From a bacterium (lineage in GTDB: Bacteria; RBG-13-61-14; DATKZS01), in NCBI GenBank assembly GCA_963674965.2, contig CAXXFL010000006.1, positions 256,001 through 320,000 of the forward strand: a stretch of DNA of 64,000 nt. Reading direction: 5' to 3'. The position numbers were made by a program, and so were the translations under genes. This document shows, piece by piece, positions 59,412 through 64,000 of the stretch (within the stretch, counting starts at the first letter, position 1; each line of letters starts with the position of its first letter). Below the pieces are notes generated by a model that saw only the letters and a list, made by a program, of their open reading frames with translations, had not been told where the DNA came from and searched no databases.

Positions 59412-60521
59412 ATGTCCAAAAGGTCGGAGCGAATTCGAGTTTTGGACGATGGCAGGTTGGAAATTATTGACCCGACCTTCAGCGATGTCCCTCTCCTGCG
59501 AGAAATCAATCCCGATTTCAAAATCGAAACCGCGCCACTCTTGAATTTTTCGTTCCCCCGTTTTCAGCGTTCTCGACAGCTGGGGTGTGGATTCTCTCAG
59601 GAGGAGCTTCGGTGTAAGGGTGATGATTGGCTTTGGGCCTTGCATGATCAGATTTGTTGTGACGGCCCCACTGGTCTGCGCAAGAATGGCGAGGTATCCC
59701 TGCTTGACCTCAAAATAGAACTGGCCCGACGCCAGTTGATGAACTGCAACCTATGCGCTCACCGCTGCGGGGTTAACCGCCTTAAGGGCAAAACAGGGGT
59801 CTGTGGCCTTGGCCCTGAAGCCCATGTTGGAGATTGTTTCCCTCACATTGGGGAAGAAGCACCCATCAACCCATCTTATCTTATCAGCCTTTACGGATGC
59901 GGGTTGAGGTGCCAGCATTGCCAGCAATCACAACTGCTCGATATATCATCGTTGATTGGAGACCCATTGATGTCTATTTCATGGGAGGATGTCATGGGTT
60001 GCCCGGTCAGGTCAATATCATTCGCCGGTGGCAATCCGGATGAAAACCTATATGGCATCCTGCAATTTATGAATTCCGCTCCCGAATCCTTCATGCTCCC
60101 GATCGTTTGGAATTGCCATGGTTACTCCACTTCAAATACTATCAAACTGCTTGACGGGGTTGTAGATGTTTATGTCCCTGACTTCAAATATTGGAAAAAT
60201 GACTGCGCTCAAAAGCTGTCCTCTGCTCCATGCTATGGAAAAATCGCATTGTCCACCATAAAGCAAATGTTGACCCAAAGTGTGCCCGTCATTGTGAGGA
60301 TACTTGTGCTTCCGGGGCATGCTGATTGCTGTCATCTTCCAACAATTGATGCCTTACGAAAAATCATGGATGATAATTTGTTGATTTCGATACGTAATCA
60401 ATACTCTCCTGGTTCTCTTGGTCTTTGGGTGGGTTCAAATAATTCTTTGCTCGCAGCAAGGCCCATGGAAAAAGATATTAAGGCCGTGAAAGACAGTTTG
60501 CTCGATTTAAATTATATTTAG
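59412..60521 (+). CDS. Radical SAM protein, PflX-like
   Basis: CNLCAHRCGVNR...GVCG, HIGEE, GCGLRCQHCQQ, VDVYVPDFKY, RILVLPGH. Confidence 0.87.
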   Translation: MSKRSERIRVLDDGRLEIIDPTFSDVPLLREINPDFKIETAPLLNFSFPRFQRSRQLGCGFSQEELRCKGDDWLWALHDQICCDGPTGLRKNGEVSLLDLKIELARRQLMNCNLCAHRCGVNRLKGKTGVCGLGPEAHVGDCFPHIGEEAPINPSYLISLYGCGLRCQHCQQSQLLDISSLIGDPLMSISWEDVMGCPVRSISFAGGNPDENLYGILQFMNSAPESFMLPIVWNCHGYSTSNTIKLLDGVVDVYVPDFKYWKNDCAQKLSSAPCYGKIALSTIKQMLTQSVPVIVRILVLPGHADCCHLPTIDALRKIMDDNLLISIRNQYSPGSLGLWVGSNNSLLAARPMEKDIKAVKDSLLDLNYI

Positions 60522-63272
60522 ATTAAGAGCTAGACTAATTGCAGCTTCCTCTGGAAATGGAAGTCGTTCTGCCATCTTGTCTGTCGTACGAACATCGGTA
60601 CGATACTTTTCGCCCATTACCACCTTGAACCATCTCTCACGGTCTATAACGACTCTATACATTTTTTCGTCTTGGGTCGCTGATATATAGGGCAGATAGA
60701 CCGTTATCGGCAGGCCACAACGCTCAACCTTGGCTCCGATTCGGTCTATTCTTCCTGTTCGTTGCTCCAGTGTAGAGGGATTCCAGCAGAGATCATGATG
60801 TATCACATGTCGGCAATTAAGGTGAAGGTCAACTCCTTCAGCCATGATCATTGAAGCCACGAGTATCTCTGGATAGAACGGTGTATTGAAGGTCAACATA
60901 AGCCGCTGCCGGATCGCATTCGAAGTTCCGCCATTGGCCAGCCTTACCTGCCCACCGGTGGTTTGAATAGAGTCGAGCGCTTCCAGGTAACGGTTACGTT
61001 CATCGATTCCACACTGTTCAACCAGGAATTTGAAAAAATCCTCCAGCAACGATTCTAGGGTCATGCCCGATGCATCCGTACGTTTAAGGGCGACAAATGC
61101 CATTTCCTCAGTCATTCGTGATTCGCCAAGAGGGAAATATCTCGCCAGGAATGAGCGCGTGCGGGCATATCTGCGCACGACATCAAGAATGGATTCCCGG
61201 TGTCCACTCAGTTCCTGATATTCCGCGCGATCAAGTATCTGCGACACCGCCTTGTCGAGTCCTCTTCGAATGGGTGACTCTTTTTTGTTAAAAAGCTCTC
61301 CCACCCTCTCCAGTTCAACCCCTGCTTCTTCATGGCTTGCTCCCAGCTTAGTAGACGCCAAGTGAGTAATCTCCTGATGAATGGCTCGTGAGATACCCTT
61401 CTCAAGAATCGATCCGGTTGCTAGATAATGACAGAAAACCAAAACTTTTTCCCCGTTTTTCCATAGGTCAACGGTCTTGTTAATGGTCGCGTTCACTTTC
61501 GGATGGGCTTCAACAGCCTTCATCGAATCGGACCCGAGAATTTTATCAAGTTTTTCCAGGTACCATCCCGCATGTCCATCACTTGCCGAAGGTGTTACCG
61601 CTTCATCATCCTCATCGGTCGCCGATGACGGAGCGGAGGCGTTCGCCTTCTCTGCGCGCTGGGATCTAGTATCCAGAAATGCTGAATAGCTGGACGCTAA
61701 ACCTTCGGCGAAAACAGGCCTGGCATCCGGATTGAGAGCGGTCACCCTTGCCGCGAGTAGGAATGGGAGCAAGGCTTCGCCTTCAATATCAATTCCAAGT
61801 TCCTCCTCATTCTTCGCGGCCTCATCAATTATCGAACGTCCGGAATGTCTAATCCTCCTCGTCTTTTTTCCAAGCTTCCCAAAGTCGATTGTCTGGGGAC
61901 GAGTATGCCTGATGACGTACTTCATCAGGATTTCCTGGGCGTATTGCATCCTAGACCTAGTCTGGTTGAAGCGGTCAATAGCCACCTGTCCTTTTGCGGA
62001 AAGATGCCCTCCCATTAGCGCGACCTTCCACCATTCATCGATTTCATGAACGGAATAGATTTTCCCTTCCGCGACGAGATCATCCGCTTTTAATTGTCCC
62101 CAATGGGCGTCAAGTCTGACCGCCGATTCCTGAGCTGCATTCAGTCTACTTCTGATAGTTTCCAAATCCAGCTCGTATCCATCTCGACCAAATCGTGGGG
62201 CTCGCTGTCCTTTCCACGAAATACCCCTGAATCGCTCTAGGACGTTACACAATTCATAGTGGCCAAGTTGAAATGGAGTGGCCGTGAGAAAAAGCATCCG
62301 CTCGAAAACTTCCGCGAGCGGACCTTTTAATTCTTCCGCGTCTGCCTCCGCCTCCTTTGAATGGAACAGGGATGCCAATTGGGTTCTTGCATTTTTAAGA
62401 TGATGGGCTTCATCAAGAATCAACAGCGGCAGTTTAAAGCTAAGTGACCTGATGCAAGTATCCCATAAATTGGTGATTTCCTGATTTACTGCCTGTCTGG
62501 CTTCCTTGAGCCTTTCGGAGATATTTGGCCCTGTTCGCAACGGCATTTTGGCGTTTAAGGTATTGTAGAAGTCGGTTAGATCCATTTCTCCGAGAGCATT
62601 GACGATTGCTTCAGGTACTGGATCGTCTCCATCGTCAGGTTCAGAATCATACTGTCTGAGCAATTCCAGCCAATGATCGGGACTGGATTGAAGCAGGTCC
62701 CACCAAAGATCTTCACAATAGTGATAGTTAGATTTGAGTCGAAGGAGGTCAGGCAAATACCTGCACAGAGAACGTTTCAGCGCCCCTGTATCATGCCTGC
62801 GATACAAAGCTCTTTGAATCAACGCCAGTTTTACCCACCGGTCCTGCATTTTTTTTTGCGGACTCATTGCGCCATGAGTAATGAAGATCAGGGACACTCT
62901 ATCCGCCGGTTTATCGTCCAGGAGTTTTAGAAAATCAACAGCATTTTCAACGGATTTACAAGCCAGATTCAACTTCAGGCATTTTTCGGTGAAAAGTTTA
63001 AAATCTTTGGGCCACTTCTCACGTAGCGAAGGGGGGACCATGACTACCACCGGTCGTCGGTCTCGATCACCAAGAGCCACGGAACAGGCGACCGCAAGGG
63101 CAACGAAGGTCTTGCCCATTCCCACTTCATCGGCCAAAATCAGGCCGGGAAGCTCCTCAAGGCGTCCAAGAATGGCCCTGGCTGTCTCCGCCTGGCGGAT
63201 GGCATCTTTCTCGGAAATTCTGCCAGGCACATGCAAATTGATTGACTTATTGAACTCATAAGACCAGCTCAC
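60507..63272 (-). CDS. SF2 (SNF2-like) helicase
   Basis: LADEVGMGKT, DEAHH, TATP, EKVLVFC, EGVDLH, WNPSTLEQRTGRIDR. Confidence 0.92.
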   Translation of the reverse strand: MSWSYEFNKSINLHVPGRISEKDAIRQAETARAILGRLEELPGLILADEVGMGKTFVALAVACSVALGDRDRRPVVVMVPPSLREKWPKDFKLFTEKCLKLNLACKSVENAVDFLKLLDDKPADRVSLIFITHGAMSPQKKMQDRWVKLALIQRALYRRHDTGALKRSLCRYLPDLLRLKSNYHYCEDLWWDLLQSSPDHWLELLRQYDSEPDDGDDPVPEAIVNALGEMDLTDFYNTLNAKMPLRTGPNISERLKEARQAVNQEITNLWDTCIRSLSFKLPLLILDEAHHLKNARTQLASLFHSKEAEADAEELKGPLAEVFERMLFLTATPFQLGHYELCNVLERFRGISWKGQRAPRFGRDGYELDLETIRSRLNAAQESAVRLDAHWGQLKADDLVAEGKIYSVHEIDEWWKVALMGGHLSAKGQVAIDRFNQTRSRMQYAQEILMKYVIRHTRPQTIDFGKLGKKTRRIRHSGRSIIDEAAKNEEELGIDIEGEALLPFLLAARVTALNPDARPVFAEGLASSYSAFLDTRSQRAEKANASAPSSATDEDDEAVTPSASDGHAGWYLEKLDKILGSDSMKAVEAHPKVNATINKTVDLWKNGEKVLVFCHYLATGSILEKGISRAIHQEITHLASTKLGASHEEAGVELERVGELFNKKESPIRRGLDKAVSQILDRAEYQELSGHRESILDVVRRYARTRSFLARYFPLGESRMTEEMAFVALKRTDASGMTLESLLEDFFKFLVEQCGIDERNRYLEALDSIQTTGGQVRLANGGTSNAIRQRLMLTFNTPFYPEILVASMIMAEGVDLHLNCRHVIHHDLCWNPSTLEQRTGRIDRIGAKVERCGLPITVYLPYISATQDEKMYRVVIDRERWFKVVMGEKYRTDVRTTDKMAERLPFPEEAAISLALNLNII

Positions 63273-64000
63273 GACATGGCCTCCTTGCGTGCTTCTTTAA
63301 TGTACCCCTTTAATGAGGGCGTAGCATGATCGGCGAAATGGGAGGCTTTTGCCAACAGATCGCCTACGATGGTTCTGATTTCAGTTTGGACGGTTTTAAC
63401 GGGCAGAAAACCCGGAACGGTGCGTGGAGTCGCCCTTGATATTTCGAGGGCGAGTTCTGTAAGCAGAAACGAACTTTCATCACCTCCACGAGATTCCTTT
63501 AAAATTGCATCGGCAACCGCCTGCACCCCTACCGGTCCCCTGAGCCTCCAGTCAAGAGCGTCCATCGACGAAACGGGGCGTTCTAACCTTTCTCGCAGTC
63601 CCCGCAAGGCTAAAGAAACCCGCCTGGTCTTTTGAAGAAGAAATCCCGAGGTCTGTATTCGTTTATGGGGATCAAAGGGGTCTACATAGCGTTCCTGGTC
63701 TTTGGAGCCATCCTCCCTAGTTTTTAACCATCGCTTCATCGTCTGGTATATGGGCCTAGCGCTGGTGAGAATATTTATCAGCACCTCCAAGGGAAGGTCC
63801 TTCAACTCCTCAGGGGGAGGTAGGCTGGCGGATTTGTCGACGTTGACCGGCCACCAAGCGCTCATAGCGGCTCCCTTCCAAGAAACTTCGAAGCCGGAGG
63901 GGGGACGATCATGAAGCCATTTGAAGGTCATGGTCTCCGGGTTGCCCAATTGATCCCAGGCTATGCTGTCCAGCAAAATATCGTTTTCTCCCAGAGTAGT
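63269..64000 (-). CDS. C-terminal part of an unknown protein coupled to the helicase; starts beyond the right edge
   Basis: Frame is open to the window edge (TTLGENDILLDSIAW...); stop overlaps the helicase GTG start. Confidence 0.7.
   Translation of the reverse strand, partial: TTLGENDILLDSIAWDQLGNPETMTFKWLHDRPPSGFEVSWKGAAMSAWWPVNVDKSASLPPPEELKDLPLEVLINILTSARPIYQTMKRWLKTREDGSKDQERYVDPFDPHKRIQTSGFLLQKTRRVSLALRGLRERLERPVSSMDALDWRLRGPVGVQAVADAILKESRGGDESSFLLTELALEISRATPRTVPGFLPVKTVQTEIRTIVGDLLAKASHFADHATPSLKGYIKEARKEAMS

Noticed and set aside
59412-60521. Pyruvate formate-lyase activating enzyme
   Set aside because: Motifs fit the PflX-like subfamily and no glycyl-radical enzyme is nearby.
1-64000. 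CRISPR array, rRNA or prophage structural genes
   Set aside because: No regularly spaced repeat-spacer units, rRNA signatures or capsid/terminase/tail motifs seen.

Overview
Accessory, mobile-element-rich bacterial region; gene content resembles anaerobic Desulfobacterota/deltaproteobacteria, but the host cannot be fixed from sequence alone. Two copies of a 26-bp tmRNA-type 3'-end fragment plus terminator (15861-15886 and 54264-54289, minus strand) divide the window into three blocks that look like tandem islands at ssrA. Block 1 (1-15860) has a sigma54 activator/PilZ/receiver/BON/OmpA stress module, a B12 radical SAM, SPFH, GGDEF and a cyclic beta-1,2-glucan synthase that runs off the left edge. 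Block 2 (about 38 kb) has a tyrosine integrase reading through the att site, a truncated N-type ATPase operon, tal/pgm/cls/gpmA/glgC-like genes, a GT4-GH130-PIG-L-GH100 cluster, three more copies of the sigma54 promoter cassette, fdhD and five IS elements (IS110 x2, IS3, IS1182/IS5-like, ISL3). Block 3 (54290-64000) has a six-gene membrane protein/vWA/AAA+/DUF2997-like/radical SAM operon converging on an SF2 helicase gene pair. Strongest leads: (1) an IS110 element whose bridge-RNA-like non-coding end carries AAAGGAGA and whose two copies both sit in Shine-Dalgarno sequences; (2) the block 3 operon, which is coupled to a start-less ORF cut by the att site. All calls come from reading motifs by eye; no database searches were run.
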